Assembly (NCBI GenBank): GCA_964596525.1
Contig: CAZQUL010000001.1
Coordinates: forward strand, 1,079,723 to 1,143,722
Length of the DNA stretch: 64,000 nucleotides
Direction of reading: 5' to 3'
Origin: an uncultured Gammaproteobacteria bacterium
Lineage (GTDB): Bacteria; Patescibacteriota; Patescibacteriia; Magasanikbacterales; GWA2-37-8
Below the pieces are notes generated by a model. That model saw only the letters and a list, made by a program, of their open reading frames with translations. It did no database searches and was not told the origin of the DNA. Shown here in pieces: positions 1 to 10,078 of the stretch. Numbering within the stretch: position 1 is the first letter of the stretch; each line of letters begins with the position of its first letter. A program made the translations under genes and the position numbers.

Positions 1-1
1 G

Positions 2-1084
2 GTTGACGAGCGTGACCGTCTCTACGGTCGCGGCACGGCCGACGACGGCTACGCGCTGTTTGCGGCGATGGGCGCATTAACCATCCTCAATACGCAGTAC
101 TGGAGCCTGCCGCGCTGCATTATCCTCATCGAAATGAGCGAAGAGTCCGGCAGCCCGCATCTCACGGCCCACCTTGAAGCGCTCAAGGAGCGTATCGGAA
201 AACCTGATATGGTGGCGTGCCTAGACGCCGGCTGCGGCGATTACAAGCGAGCCTGGGTCGCCACATCGCTGCGCGGGACGATTTCGTTCAAGCTGGGCGT
301 ACGGGTACTGGCGCAGGGCGTTCACTCCGGTGAAGCTGGCGGCATTGTACCAGATAGCATGCGCATCATGCGCGCACTCCTCAACCGTCTCGAAGATGCA
401 GAGACGGGCAGGATTCACCTGTCGTCGGCCAACGTCGTCATTCCGTCCGATCGGTTGCGCGAGTCGTACGCGGCTGGCAACCTGCTCGGTGCCGAGGCAC
501 TGCATAAGCTCTTTCCGCTCGCGGGCGCAACACGGCTCATGAAGGACGAGCCCGATTTGCTTCTCGTGAGCAATGCCTGGGAACCCTCGCTCACCGTGAT
601 CGGCATCGAAGACGGCGTGCCCGAAAAGGACCGCCAAAGTCCCGGTAATACACTGCGCTCCGAAACGATTTTCCATTGCTCGCTCCGGATTCCCCCGACT
701 GCCGATCCTGAAGCCGTAATCCGCGAGCTCAGGGCGCTTCTCACTGCGCCCGGGCAGATTCCATATAACGCGGACGTCACGCTCACGATCAACGGCGGCT
801 ATGCCGGCTGGAATTCCAAGCCGCATGCCAGCTGGCTCGAGCAGGCCATCCACCACGGCTCACAAGCGTTCTTCGGCAATCCGCCGGGACTCATGGGCGT
901 GGGTGGTTCCATTCCGTTCGTGGAGATCTTCCGCCGCATGTTTCCCGACGCCGAGTCGATCATCACCGGCATCCTGGGACCAGAATCAAATGCGCATGGA
1001 CCTAACGAGTTCGCGCACAAACCGATGCTCAAGATGCTCACGGCATGGCTCGCGGAAATCCTCGCAGCGTTCGTAGCGCGGTGA
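2..1084 (+). CDS. M20/M25/M40 family metallopeptidase, 5'-truncated at window edge
   Basis: Reading from nt 2 gives VDERDRLYGRGTADDGYA (M20 GRGxADDKG-like motif), so the gene starts upstream of the window. Remainder is the M20 dimerisation/catalytic C-terminal region. The listed 68..1084 ORF is the in-window part. Confidence 0.65.
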   Translation, partial: VDERDRLYGRGTADDGYALFAAMGALTILNTQYWSLPRCIILIEMSEESGSPHLTAHLEALKERIGKPDMVACLDAGCGDYKRAWVATSLRGTISFKLGVRVLAQGVHSGEAGGIVPDSMRIMRALLNRLEDAETGRIHLSSANVVIPSDRLRESYAAGNLLGAEALHKLFPLAGATRLMKDEPDLLLVSNAWEPSLTVIGIEDGVPEKDRQSPGNTLRSETIFHCSLRIPPTADPEAVIRELRALLTAPGQIPYNADVTLTINGGYAGWNSKPHASWLEQAIHHGSQAFFGNPPGLMGVGGSIPFVEIFRRMFPDAESIITGILGPESNAHGPNEFAHKPMLKMLTAWLAEILAAFVAR

Positions 1085-1090
1085 GGTACC

Positions 1091-1135
1091 AAAAAACCAG
1101 CAGACTGTCTGCTGGTTTTCTTATTTTCTTTTTTA
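1091..1135. terminator. Bidirectional Rho-independent terminator between convergent genes
   Basis: Hairpin aaaaaaccagcagactgtctgctggtttt followed by a T-rich tract, with A-run upstream. Lies between the + strand peptidase stop and the - strand 118-aa gene stop. Confidence 0.6.
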
Positions 1136-1489
1136 ATTGCGGGCCTTCTTGAACTTGACGGTAAAGACCGGGTCGTAGACATTATTAAATTCATCTTGCA
1201 CTTCTACCCGCTCCCCTTTCATCATCTTGGTAAGTGCGGCATCAGAGAGGAGAAGAATATCGGCCGCGGCATCGGCCGCCAAGCGGTCGAGCTCGGCAAA
1301 CTCGCTCGCCATACCGCTTTGTATAGCACCTTCGATCTGTTTTTTCTTTTCACGGAGCGCCTTGAGGCTCGTCAGCGTATTCTGATATTCCAGACTATTT
1401 TTGAGGGCGTCTTTGTAGATTTCTTTAAGCTCTTTTTGTTTGCGTTTGTTGTCGCGTAAGCGGTTGAAGACTTCTTGGATGTCCTGCAT
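1133..1489 (-). CDS. Hypothetical coiled-coil protein (118 aa)
   Basis: Clean ORF, charged/heptad-rich sequence, no recognisable domain. Confidence 0.45.
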   Translation of the reverse strand: MQDIQEVFNRLRDNKRKQKELKEIYKDALKNSLEYQNTLTSLKALREKKKQIEGAIQSGMASEFAELDRLAADAAADILLLSDAALTKMMKGERVEVQDEFNNVYDPVFTVKFKKARN

Positions 1490-1577
1490 AGAAAAAAGCT
1501 ACATTAAAGTGGGTATATAATAGCACGCTGCAACGTAGTTGTCAGCATCAAAAAACCCTTTCGGTTTTACGAAAGGA

Positions 1578-2780
1578 TTAGGGGAAAAGACAACGACGAT
1601 GGAGAGCGCGATGGAACCGCCACTCGTTGAGTCGATCGGCGAGGAATACCGTAAGACCGGCGACGATCGACTCGGTGGAACCGATGGCAGCCAGCACCCA
1701 ACCATTACTCATGAGTCCGGTAGCAGCGCCGATGATGCCCATGAAGGGAGCCATAGCCGCACCGAGCATGAGCCCCAGCCGGGCCGGGTTGGTAAAATCC
1801 TGGCGAAACGCGAGCCGGTTAAGTTCCTTAGTCGACAGCGGTTCTACTTTGTTTTCAAAAACGAGCTGCCGCAGGTTTTTCCGGTACATGAAAATCGACT
1901 GGATGGCTGTCGTGAGGGAAAGCGCCACTGCGGACAGCCCGAAGACCACGCCGGCGAGAATGAGGTGCCCGCCTTTGAGGAGCGTATTCACTGACAGAGC
2001 GCCGCATGTCGCAAGAGCAAAAACAGGAATAAGGACATACGAGCGTTTAACGAGTTCTTTCCACGAAAATCCCGAACCGCGCAACGCCATGACCTCGGCC
2101 GCTTCACCGATGACATCGTCGGCCGAGGCGGCAAAGAGCTTGCCGATACCCGAGACGTAGTGCTCGAGCGCGTGCGCGATGGGACCGACGAAGAGCAAAG
2201 CTTTCACGATGGTCGAAGCGATCTCGGTACGCTCACGGGCATTGTCGGCGATGACGCGGTAAATCGAGTAGTCTACGGCGAGCGGGTAGATGAGCTCCGA
2301 GAGCTCGGTCATAAGCTGCTGCTCAGCTTTGCTGATGCGGACGTTATCTTCGTCGATAAGGACAAGACGCTTGAATCTGAGCCGGTCGGTGAGGATGAGG
2401 CGCACCGCCTCGTCAAGATCGCATCCTTCGGCCCGAGCCCGCTCATGATCCGCTGGTGTTAAATACGGCACTTTCTGGTGGCGCAACAGATCGGGCAACC
2501 AGCTGAGCACGAAGTTCCCTTGGCTCAAAGTACTAATCGCGTGCACGGCCTTCAAGATATTATCCGGCGTTTTGAGCACGGTTCTCACCCCGATGGCCTT
2601 GCCCTGCGAAAGAATCGCGCGGATTTTTTCTTTATACTCCGGACGGTGGGCAAAAATGTACCGGATCTCGACCGGCAGATACTCCGGATGATCTATTTCT
2701 TCGGGGAGCGAAAGCACCTTCACTTCGTACGAACCGACCGGCGAAGGTTTGGGTCGTATCATCCATTGCAGAAAGTCCAT
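1578..2780 (-). CDS. Hypothetical protein with C-terminal transmembrane helices (400 aa)
   Basis: Long ORF with plausible codon usage. C-terminal hydrophobic segments. No motif recognised. Confidence 0.5.
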   Translation of the reverse strand: MDFLQWMIRPKPSPVGSYEVKVLSLPEEIDHPEYLPVEIRYIFAHRPEYKEKIRAILSQGKAIGVRTVLKTPDNILKAVHAISTLSQGNFVLSWLPDLLRHQKVPYLTPADHERARAEGCDLDEAVRLILTDRLRFKRLVLIDEDNVRISKAEQQLMTELSELIYPLAVDYSIYRVIADNARERTEIASTIVKALLFVGPIAHALEHYVSGIGKLFAASADDVIGEAAEVMALRGSGFSWKELVKRSYVLIPVFALATCGALSVNTLLKGGHLILAGVVFGLSAVALSLTTAIQSIFMYRKNLRQLVFENKVEPLSTKELNRLAFRQDFTNPARLGLMLGAAMAPFMGIIGAATGLMSNGWVLAAIGSTESIVAGLTVFLADRLNEWRFHRALHRRCLFP

Positions 2781-2893
2781 TTCCAGCCTCCTTGGGGGTA
2801 CGGGGGTACAGGGCCCACCTTAGCAGAAGAGGTTAGATAAGGCAAATCAAAGCCCGCCTACATTAAAGCTTTACGCCTATGCCTCAAGTAGAT

Positions 2894-2922
2894 TGACAGA
2901 TCAGACGATCCGTGATAGTGTA
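2894..2922 (+). promoter_or_regulatory. Putative sigma70-type promoter (TTGACA, ~16-17 nt spacer, TAGTGT)
   Basis: ttgaca at 2894-2899 and a -10-like tagtgt around 2916-2921, upstream of the secreted-protein ORF. Confidence 0.35.
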
Positions 2923-2955
2923 TCTCGTCCAAACACGGACAGAAAGGATACTGTG

Positions 2956-3351
2956 ATGCGTAAAAAGAATCAGTATGCACTGGTCAGCATCGTGTATGCA
3001 GCAGCGCTCCTCGGATCGAACGCTCGCGCGGAGGACGAGCCGGTGCCGTCAGGCAACACGACCATCGCAACATACAAGATGGACCTGAGCTGTGGGGAGT
3101 CCCGGCGGATCTGGATCTCCCGGCATCTCTGCGCGTCATCCACAACCTCGATCGCTGACATCGATGCGCGACTGCGGCAGCTTCTGACCGGCCACCTTAT
3201 CACCCGCTCGCCGATCGACGGCGATAGCGAGAGAGACTTCGCCTACCACAATCACGTAGTCCAAGGAAGCACTCCGAACACCTGCCAGAACAAGGATCCG
3301 GTGGACATCCTGAAGACCATCACGCCCTACCTGTGCTCAACCCAACGCTGA
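2956..3351 (+). CDS. Small secreted hypothetical protein; likely true start MRKKNQY with signal peptide
   Basis: Internal ATG at 2956 is preceded by aaagga. Its N-terminus MRKKNQYALVSIVYAAALLGSNARA is signal-peptide-like. The listed ORF 2893..3351 extends upstream. Confidence 0.45.
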   Translation: MRKKNQYALVSIVYAAALLGSNARAEDEPVPSGNTTIATYKMDLSCGESRRIWISRHLCASSTTSIADIDARLRQLLTGHLITRSPIDGDSERDFAYHNHVVQGSTPNTCQNKDPVDILKTITPYLCSTQR

Positions 3352-3374
3352 ACGCAACGATGATGGATGTAATA

Positions 3375-3413
3375 CACCCGTGCAGAGATCTAGGTCTGCA
3401 CGGGTGATTTTTA
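3375..3413. terminator. Bidirectional Rho-independent terminator
   Basis: Hairpin cacccgtgcagagatctaggtctgcacgggtg followed by atttttat. Lies between convergent gene ends. Confidence 0.6.
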
Positions 3414-3426
3414 TATGTCTAAACTA

Positions 3427-4506
3427 CTAAAGTTCTATAGTGGAAAAATCGCCAACGATAAGTCGTTGTTCATTTTTTTCAGACGGTGCGATGAGCCGGG
3501 CTTTTTCGCCAATGATACTGCTGGTAAGTTTAAGGGGCGCACTAATCTCTACTCCGCCAAAAATTATTGAGCGAGCTATCGTAGAATTTTTAATCGTTAC
3601 TCCGTCGCCAATCGATACATAGGGGCCAATGTGAGACGCTTCCACCGTAACATTATCACCAATAATAACAGGGCCCCAAATAGTAACGTCTGGACTCAGC
3701 CGAACATGCTTGCCCAATTTCACAGCACCCTCAATACCTTCTAGAGAAGCGTTAAACTCTTGAGAGTGGGAAGCAATCCGCTCATCGAGCAGTAATTGAT
3801 TGGCATGCAGAAGGTCATCCGGTTTACCCGTATCTTTCCACCATCCAGTAATTTCTTCGGTTGCCACGTTAAAATCATTCTTCAAGAAATACGAATGGAT
3901 GCTGGAAATCTCGTACTCGCCGCGCGGCGACTTCTCGATATGATCGAACGCTTTGTAAAAATGGTGGTTGTAGAGATAAATCCCCGTTACCGCAAAATCG
4001 CTTGGCGGATTGGCCGGTTTTTCAAAAACGTCGACCAACTTCCCTTGGGTATCAAACGCCGGCACGCCGAAACGCTCTGGGTCCGGAACTTTCGCCAACG
4101 TAAGCAGGCAGTCCAGATTTCCGGCCGCGAATTTATCAACGAGGGGTCTGAGGCTTCCGAGAATGATGTTATCGGAAAGATAGAACATGAACGGATCCGA
4201 ACCGATGAACGGTTCCGCACATTTGACGACATGGGCGATTCCCTGCGGCCCGCCGGTCTGTTCAAAATACGTAACTGTTATCCCCCAGCGGCTGCCATCG
4301 CCCACGACGGATTGGATCTGCGTGTCACCCGGGTTGGTGTTGATGAAAATCTCGGTAATGCCGGCTTCAATGACTTTTTCGATAGCATGAAAAATCATCG
4401 GCTTGCCGGCGAGCGGAATGAGATGCTTGTTGATGGTCGAAGTAATGGGGCGCAGGCGCGTGGCGCGACCGCCGCCCGTGAGAATGGCTTTGGTAATGCG
4501 AGACAT
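3427..4506 (-). CDS. Sugar-phosphate nucleotidyltransferase with C-terminal left-handed beta-helix (glucose-1-phosphate thymidylyl/uridylyltransferase-like)
   Basis: N-terminus KAILTGGGRATRLRPITSTINKHLIPLAGKPMI is the NTP_transferase G-rich loop. The C-terminal part has hexapeptide-repeat character (IGDNVTV, IGDGVTI). Confidence 0.7.
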   Translation of the reverse strand: MSRITKAILTGGGRATRLRPITSTINKHLIPLAGKPMIFHAIEKVIEAGITEIFINTNPGDTQIQSVVGDGSRWGITVTYFEQTGGPQGIAHVVKCAEPFIGSDPFMFYLSDNIILGSLRPLVDKFAAGNLDCLLTLAKVPDPERFGVPAFDTQGKLVDVFEKPANPPSDFAVTGIYLYNHHFYKAFDHIEKSPRGEYEISSIHSYFLKNDFNVATEEITGWWKDTGKPDDLLHANQLLLDERIASHSQEFNASLEGIEGAVKLGKHVRLSPDVTIWGPVIIGDNVTVEASHIGPYVSIGDGVTIKNSTIARSIIFGGVEISAPLKLTSSIIGEKARLIAPSEKNEQRLIVGDFSTIEL

Positions 4507-4523
4507 ATATGAATCTATAGCAC

Positions 4524-4636
4524 GTCATTGCGAGGAGCGAGGTACGAGTGATGAAGCAATCCCCTTGATAACAGAGCGGGCTCTGAAGTACGGAGGGACT
4601 GCTTCGTCCTTCGCTACGCTTCGTCCTCGCAATGAC
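4524..4636. repeat. Copy 1 of nested-palindrome MITE-like repeat (GTCATTGCGAGGA...GACGAAGCAATCCCCTTGAT...TCCTCGCAATGAC)
   Basis: Outer inverted termini gtcattgcgagga / tcctcgcaatgac, inner inverted pair gacgaagcaatcccc / gggactgcttcgtc. Same architecture at 37814, 52695 and 54507. Confidence 0.7.
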
Positions 4637-4675
4637 AGATGTTTCTCAGCTTAACATGGGAAATATCGATTGAAA

Positions 4676-4706
4676 AGAAAAACCCCGGTTAAGGGGTCTT
4701 TTTTGG
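4676..4706 (-). terminator. Rho-independent terminator downstream of the 488-aa gene
   Basis: On the minus strand: accccttaaccggggt hairpin followed by a T-tract. Confidence 0.5.
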
Positions 4707-4711
4707 CTTTT

Positions 4712-6178
4712 CTACTGGGTTTTATCGAAATCAGCGGCAGCGAGCTCCAGGGCTTTATGCTTATCCTGGCACTTCTTGGCCTGCTCAATGAGGCGATAAG
4801 ACTCCCGCCGAAGCACACCCGCGCAATCGCGCAGAAGACCGGGCAAGAGCGGGGCAAAGACCGGCAGAGGGTTCATAATCCTGCCCATCGCAACACCCTG
4901 CTTACCGTCGATGTCAGCGACGACAAAGGCTTCGAGCGCCTCGTCGGTCTTTTTATTGCACCGCCAGTACAGGGTGAGACGGACCTTCGTGGCGTCGGGA
5001 TGCCACCACCGGTTTAGGCTGCGCAAGCTATCGCGCGGAAACGCGTCATCTCCGTTGTAGCCGAACGGATATGCGACCAGGAACTCGGCGCCCTCCAGAT
5101 GAGGCTGTTCATCCGGGTCGACAGCACCGACGCGGATGGAATCCATCTTCAGGTTCTTAAACGGTGCCTGCGCCATGCCAAAGCGACGCTTACGCAGGAG
5201 CTTGCGGATCGCCGGGTGCGTATCGGGGTTATCGATGGTCTGATCCAGGCTTTCGACCGATATACGGCTCGCGAAGCGGTCGTAGTCGTCGTAATGGATG
5301 TTGCGTGCAGTGCACAGCCAGGGAAAGAGATAGCGCTGATTATTTGCCCGCGCCAAGAGTGCTTTTTCCTCTAGCCGACGGACGATTTCAAAGGAAACAT
5401 CGGGGTTACGGATAATGTCTCCCACTGCCACCGCCTCGTGCGCTCCTGCGCTCGAAAAATAGTCAATCAAGGCTTCAATCTGCTGCGGATCGAACTTGGA
5501 CTCAGCCAGATCAATGCACCAGATATTTTCCAGCAGAGACCGAAAAGGTCCGGCTCCGGAAAAATCCCCTTGTATCCTATGCTGGCGTGAAGGACGGCCG
5601 TGTTCCATGGAAAGATTGAGGGTCGAAAGCTTGGCATTGACGAAGTTGAGTCCGCGCAATAACTTATGCCGCGGCGTTTCGTCGAGCACGACTCTCTCAC
5701 CGGAAAGGAGGATCTGACAGACCAGATCAGCCGACGTACAATTTACCGTGCTGTTGAAAGAAGGCGGACCATTATCTTGGAAATCCACTGGCGCAATAAG
5801 AATCGGCTGGTGGAAACCGAGCTTAAGCATGATGCTTTGGGCAAAGCGTTCCTTTTCCGGATGGCGAACGTTACGGGACGTAAAAACGCTCAACTCCGCG
5901 ACACCATGATCGAGGTCCTCAATCTGGGAACGGCCCTTGGACCAGGTTGCGGGGAAGAACCGCGGCAGTAAACGAACGAGCGAGTGAAGAGCTTGGTATG
6001 CATCCATAACCACACCTTCCTTCTGGTTGGCAACGAACGAACTGAACCTTTTGAGTATTCCTTGCGTGTAGTGCAAGGAATAGGATGTTATAAACAAAGA
6101 CGCATCAAAAGTCAAGAATGTGTTCATGAGAATGATAAAACCCCTTGGCAGGGGTTGGGTTGTTGGCGTGACTAGCAC
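4712..6178 (-). CDS. Hypothetical protein with central pentapeptide-repeat-like region (488 aa), paralog of upstream gene
   Basis: Segment GLNFVNAKLSTLNLSMEHGRPSRQHRIQGDFSGAGPF has A(D/N)LxxxL periodicity. Clear paralogy to 6172..7575 (e.g. LNRWWHPDATKVRLTLYW vs AERWWNYDLNNARLELYW). Confidence 0.5.
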   Translation of the reverse strand: MLVTPTTQPLPRGFIILMNTFLTFDASLFITSYSLHYTQGILKRFSSFVANQKEGVVMDAYQALHSLVRLLPRFFPATWSKGRSQIEDLDHGVAELSVFTSRNVRHPEKERFAQSIMLKLGFHQPILIAPVDFQDNGPPSFNSTVNCTSADLVCQILLSGERVVLDETPRHKLLRGLNFVNAKLSTLNLSMEHGRPSRQHRIQGDFSGAGPFRSLLENIWCIDLAESKFDPQQIEALIDYFSSAGAHEAVAVGDIIRNPDVSFEIVRRLEEKALLARANNQRYLFPWLCTARNIHYDDYDRFASRISVESLDQTIDNPDTHPAIRKLLRKRRFGMAQAPFKNLKMDSIRVGAVDPDEQPHLEGAEFLVAYPFGYNGDDAFPRDSLRSLNRWWHPDATKVRLTLYWRCNKKTDEALEAFVVADIDGKQGVAMGRIMNPLPVFAPLLPGLLRDCAGVLRRESYRLIEQAKKCQDKHKALELAAADFDKTQ

Positions 6179-7575
6179 ACGTTCATGCGGTTCGCGATTT
6201 CGAGCTCAACGGCCTTGAGACGGCTTTCAACAGTTCGGATTTCCATCTCGAGCTGATTACGCTCGCTCCGTAGCCGGGCCGCGACGGCGCCGAAAATCTC
6301 AGGCAAGAACCGGGAAAATACCCGCTCCGGCCGTTCAAGCGAACCCATCACGATCGTTTGGTCGCGGTGGTCGGCATGCTTCATGCCGACGATCCACGCT
6401 TCGAAACGGCGGCCTGTGGAGCCGGGTTTGGTCCACCAGTACAACTCGAGACGCGCGTTATTCAGATCGTAATTCCACCACCGTTCGGCGTGGCGCAATG
6501 CGTCGCGGGGAAACTCGTCGTTTCCAAAGCCATGAAATACGAATGTCGCGATGCACTCCCCGCTTTTTGCCATAAGGTTGTAGTCCGCTCCGATATGGCG
6601 GCGCACGACAACCGAATCAACGGGAAGCGAACGGAACCGTTCCGGCGCAAGGGCATGACGGCGCATGCGCAGGTTCTTGCGAACGAGGGCGTTGGTAAGC
6701 GAATCTTCGATCGCATCATCGAGATGCTTGTCATCGATCCGACCAGCGAACCGTTCGACGGCTGCCTCCGGGATTGCCCGCGCACGGCATAGCCAGATAA
6801 AACTATGCTGCCGTGTCCCAACATGGCTCGACTGACCTACAGCAGCAAGAGTCTTGGCCTCCAATCTCTCGACCTGCTCCCAGGTAACAAGAGCGTTGCA
6901 GAAAATGTCTCGCGCAGCGTTTCCGTAACGCCCATCAAGACTCTGGACGAACGCTGCGATCTGCTCACCATCGAACGTCGAGGTGGTCAGATCGATCTTG
7001 TCGGCATGTTCGACGAGCTTCTCAAGCGGCCTCGCACCGGTAAAATCCCCTTGGATCTTGTTCGTGTACGAGAGAGGACCGTTCTCCAAAAAAATCTTTA
7101 TCCGATCGAGCGCGGCATTCTTGAGGTTGAGACCCCGAAAAAGCTTGGCGACCGGATCATTTTTTAGGATGAACGTCACCCCGGAAAGCAGGAGGCAGCG
7201 GGCAATATCGCCGCGGGTAAACTCGGCCGTACCCGTGAAACGAAGCGGCGCAGGCACAACCTGGGCTCCCGGATTAAGAGCGTGCGGTCGCGGAGAATTA
7301 TCTAGCGGCTCGGCAGTAAAACCGAGCCCGAGCATGATCTTATGGAAGAGTTCTTCTCGCGCCGGATCGCGATGATTCCCGACAGAGAATATCTTAACCT
7401 CCATTCCATCTTTTATTTTCTTCATGCTCACTCGCGCACTCATCAAGCGCAAATTGAAAGGAGCGCGGCGCAAGAAATCGGCTACCGAACGTACAGCGGT
7501 TTGCGCATTCATACTTTCCTCCTTCAGGCATACCAGACGGACAAGAACGAGTACTTCTCGTTCTTTAAGGATCAT
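6172..7575 (-). CDS. Hypothetical protein with pentapeptide-repeat-like region (467 aa), tandem paralog
   Basis: Paralog of 4712..6178. The stop overlaps the downstream start by 7 nt, which suggests translational coupling. C-terminal coiled coil. Confidence 0.5.
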   Translation of the reverse strand: MILKEREVLVLVRLVCLKEESMNAQTAVRSVADFLRRAPFNLRLMSARVSMKKIKDGMEVKIFSVGNHRDPAREELFHKIMLGLGFTAEPLDNSPRPHALNPGAQVVPAPLRFTGTAEFTRGDIARCLLLSGVTFILKNDPVAKLFRGLNLKNAALDRIKIFLENGPLSYTNKIQGDFTGARPLEKLVEHADKIDLTTSTFDGEQIAAFVQSLDGRYGNAARDIFCNALVTWEQVERLEAKTLAAVGQSSHVGTRQHSFIWLCRARAIPEAAVERFAGRIDDKHLDDAIEDSLTNALVRKNLRMRRHALAPERFRSLPVDSVVVRRHIGADYNLMAKSGECIATFVFHGFGNDEFPRDALRHAERWWNYDLNNARLELYWWTKPGSTGRRFEAWIVGMKHADHRDQTIVMGSLERPERVFSRFLPEIFGAVAARLRSERNQLEMEIRTVESRLKAVELEIANRMNVC

Positions 7576-7651
7576 CGCTTTATACCCAGAATAACCAAAA
7601 AAGTCAAGCTCAACGAGCCGACAAGACAGGTTAGGTAGGCGACATGGTCTT

Positions 7652-8725
7652 TTAATCCACTACCTGATGGATGATGTCGAGCACGACATGCTCTTCAATC
7701 TTCGGCAACATGCCGTGGAATTTTTCTCCCATCTGGCGTCGGCGCTCAGGATTATTCATGAGCTCCCGGACTTCACGGGAAAGACGCGGGCCGCCATCAA
7801 GTCCTTCGTGGAGCTCTAATAGCGCCCCGGATACGGAGAAAAAGCGTACGTTAGCTTCTTGGTGTGTCCCGGGCATAGGTATGATGACAGCAGCTTTTCT
7901 GAGGCTTGCCAGCTCACCGAGCGTACCAAAACCAGCGCGAGCGACCACCACATCGGCCAGGCTATACGCTAAAGCCATTTCATCGGTGAAAAATTTGTAC
8001 ACGTGATAATTGGGGAATGCTTTAGCGGCACGCTCTTCCAAATCGCCTGGGCGTTCTTTGCCGGTGAGGTGGATGATGTGCCAGTCGCGCGGCCAACTCG
8101 CGATAGCTTCGAGAATCATGCGGTTAACCGTTATGGAACCGGTACCACCACCGAGCGCAAAGACAACCGGTGCATCCGGCGGAATACCAAAAAACGCGGC
8201 TGCCTTGGTACGATCAGCAGCTTCAAGCACGCGGACTGGATTGCCGGTCCACACAGTCTTCTTACGCGGAAAATGATGCGCTGTGGCTTCGAGCGCTGTA
8301 GTAACTTTTCGGGCTACGGGCACCATGAGTTTGACGGCGAAACCCGGAATAACGTCTTGCTGGTGGATCCACGAGGGAATACCCAGAAGCGCTCCGGCCC
8401 AATGCAAAGGTACGCTTACGTACCCGCCGGCCGAAATGAGAAGATCCGGCCGCTCGTGGAGTAAAAACAGAATGGACTGGAAAAACGCCACGATGATACG
8501 GAAGATATCGAGAAAATTAGTCCACGAAAAATACCGGCGCCACTTCCCTGCCCCGATGGCAAAGAAGGGAACGCCGGCTTTTTCGACGATTTCGCGCTCT
8601 GGTCCCTGTTTCGTTCCTACCCAAGCAAAGGTGGTGTCGGGCAGATGTTTAACTATGACACGGCGCAGCTCGAGAAGCGGGGTTACTGGGCCGAGCGTAC
8701 CACCACCGGAGAAAACGATTTTCAT
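7652..8725 (-). CDS. murG: MurG-like GT28 glycosyltransferase (UDP-GlcNAc:undecaprenyl-PP-MurNAc-pentapeptide GlcNAc transferase)
   Basis: N-terminus MKIVFSGGGTLGPVTPLL (glycine-rich G-loop) and a GT-B fold C-terminal half (GGGTGS...) at MurG-typical length. Confidence 0.7.
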   Translation of the reverse strand: MKIVFSGGGTLGPVTPLLELRRVIVKHLPDTTFAWVGTKQGPEREIVEKAGVPFFAIGAGKWRRYFSWTNFLDIFRIIVAFFQSILFLLHERPDLLISAGGYVSVPLHWAGALLGIPSWIHQQDVIPGFAVKLMVPVARKVTTALEATAHHFPRKKTVWTGNPVRVLEAADRTKAAAFFGIPPDAPVVFALGGGTGSITVNRMILEAIASWPRDWHIIHLTGKERPGDLEERAAKAFPNYHVYKFFTDEMALAYSLADVVVARAGFGTLGELASLRKAAVIIPMPGTHQEANVRFFSVSGALLELHEGLDGGPRLSREVRELMNNPERRRQMGEKFHGMLPKIEEHVVLDIIHQVVD

Positions 8726-8750
8726 AGGAGGAAGAAACCAGGACTAGACA

Positions 8751-10067
8751 TCAATAGTAATCTTTGAGTTTTTTGACGAGGTCGGATTGTTGGATGCGCT
8801 CGAGCGCTTTGGCTTCGATCTGGCGGATACGTTCGCGGGTGACACCAAACTCCTGACCGACTTCTTCGAGGGTGTGGGTTACACCATCAAGAAGGCCGAA
8901 ACGCATTTCGAGGATTTTCTGTTCACGCGGGGCAAGGTCTTGGATGGCTTTGGTGACGTAGTCGCGCAAAAGCTGGAGCGCAGCCGAGCGGTCGGGCGAG
9001 ACGTTTTTTACATCCTGGATGAAATCACCAAGCTGCGTGTCTTCGTCATCGTCACCAACTGGTACCTCGAGCGAGACCATGTCTTGCGAAATCTTCATGA
9101 TGTGGTTGATTTTTTCTACTGGCTCACCCATTTCGGCAGCCAGTTCTTCGGGGGTCGGGTCGCGACCCAAATCTTGGAGCAAGCGGCGGCGGATCTGCTG
9201 GAAGCGGTTAATGGTTTCTACCATGTGCACGGGGATACGGATGGTACGTGACTGGTCGGCCAAGGCACGGGTAATAGCCTGGCGGATCCACCACGTGGCG
9301 TAGGTAGAAAACTTGTAGCCTTTGCGGTAGTCGAATTTTTTGACCGCGCGGAAAAGGCCGATGTTACCTTCTTGGATAAGGTCGAGAAGCGACAAGCTCT
9401 TGCCCACGAATTTCTTGGCGATCGAGACGACAAGGCGCAGGTTGGCTTCGATAAGTTTGCGCTCAGCAGCCTTGTCATTGCGTTCTTTGCGTTTGGCGAG
9501 CGCCACTTCTTCTTCGGTTGTAAGAAGCGGAATCTTGCCGATTTCGCGCAAGTACATCTGGATGGAATCGGAAGAAATCTGGCTCAAATCGAACGGCACG
9601 TCCATGTCCGGCTGTTCGCCTTGGAACTGTTTGAGGACGCTGCGCTCGTCTTCTTTTTTAATACCAAGAAGCTGATTGGCACTCTCGACGAGCGAGACGC
9701 CCTGTTTGTCGAGAACGTCCAAAAAGCCTTCGTATAGATCGAGGTATTGCTCAGGATTGGTCATTACCTGAAAAAGTTCGATGTCGGTAATGAAGCCGCG
9801 GTGGCGACCTTTACGCACCAGTTCCCAGAGTGCTTCGAGTGTTGGCTCGGGAGCTGGTTCAAAGACAACCGGTACAACGGGTTTCTGCGGCTTAGCGGCT
9901 TTGTTGTTTTTGGCGGACGGTGCTGGAGTCTTGCTTTTTTTAGCGTCCGAAGAAGGTTTCTTGGCAACGGGTTTTTTGGGCTCAGAACGTTTTACGGGTT
10001 TAGCGGCTTTCGCCGGCTTGGCCGCACGTGACGCCGTAGCGCCGCGCGCAGGAGTCTTCTTAGGCAT
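8751..10067 (-). CDS. rpoD: RNA polymerase sigma factor RpoD (sigma-70) with lysine/alanine/proline-rich N-terminal tail
   Basis: Regions 2-4 are unmistakable: [37 protein letters not shown] and [25 protein letters not shown] place the start at MPKKTP (10067). The listed ORF start at 10115 would overlap the dnaG stop by 37 nt. Confidence 0.9.
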   Translation of the reverse strand: MPKKTPARGATASRAAKPAKAAKPVKRSEPKKPVAKKPSSDAKKSKTPAPSAKNNKAAKPQKPVVPVVFEPAPEPTLEALWELVRKGRHRGFITDIELFQVMTNPEQYLDLYEGFLDVLDKQGVSLVESANQLLGIKKEDERSVLKQFQGEQPDMDVPFDLSQISSDSIQMYLREIGKIPLLTTEEEVALAKRKERNDKAAERKLIEANLRLVVSIAKKFVGKSLSLLDLIQEGNIGLFRAVKKFDYRKGYKFSTYATWWIRQAITRALADQSRTIRIPVHMVETINRFQQIRRRLLQDLGRDPTPEELAAEMGEPVEKINHIMKISQDMVSLEVPVGDDDEDTQLGDFIQDVKNVSPDRSAALQLLRDYVTKAIQDLAPREQKILEMRFGLLDGVTHTLEEVGQEFGVTRERIRQIEAKALERIQQSDLVKKLKDYY

Positions 10068-10078
10068 GGGACGATGTT

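Noticed and set aside
221-856. Antisense and overlapping ORFs opposite well-supported genes (e.g. 221..856, 415..792, 3796..4512, 8787..9251, 9372..9737, 23593..24813, 36300..36821, 38046..38765, 48950..49819, 55234..55980, 56287..57444, 56598..57194)
   Set aside because: These are shadow ORFs typical of mid/high-GC DNA. Their products are Arg/Ala/Pro-rich low-complexity and overlap genes with clear motifs on the other strand.
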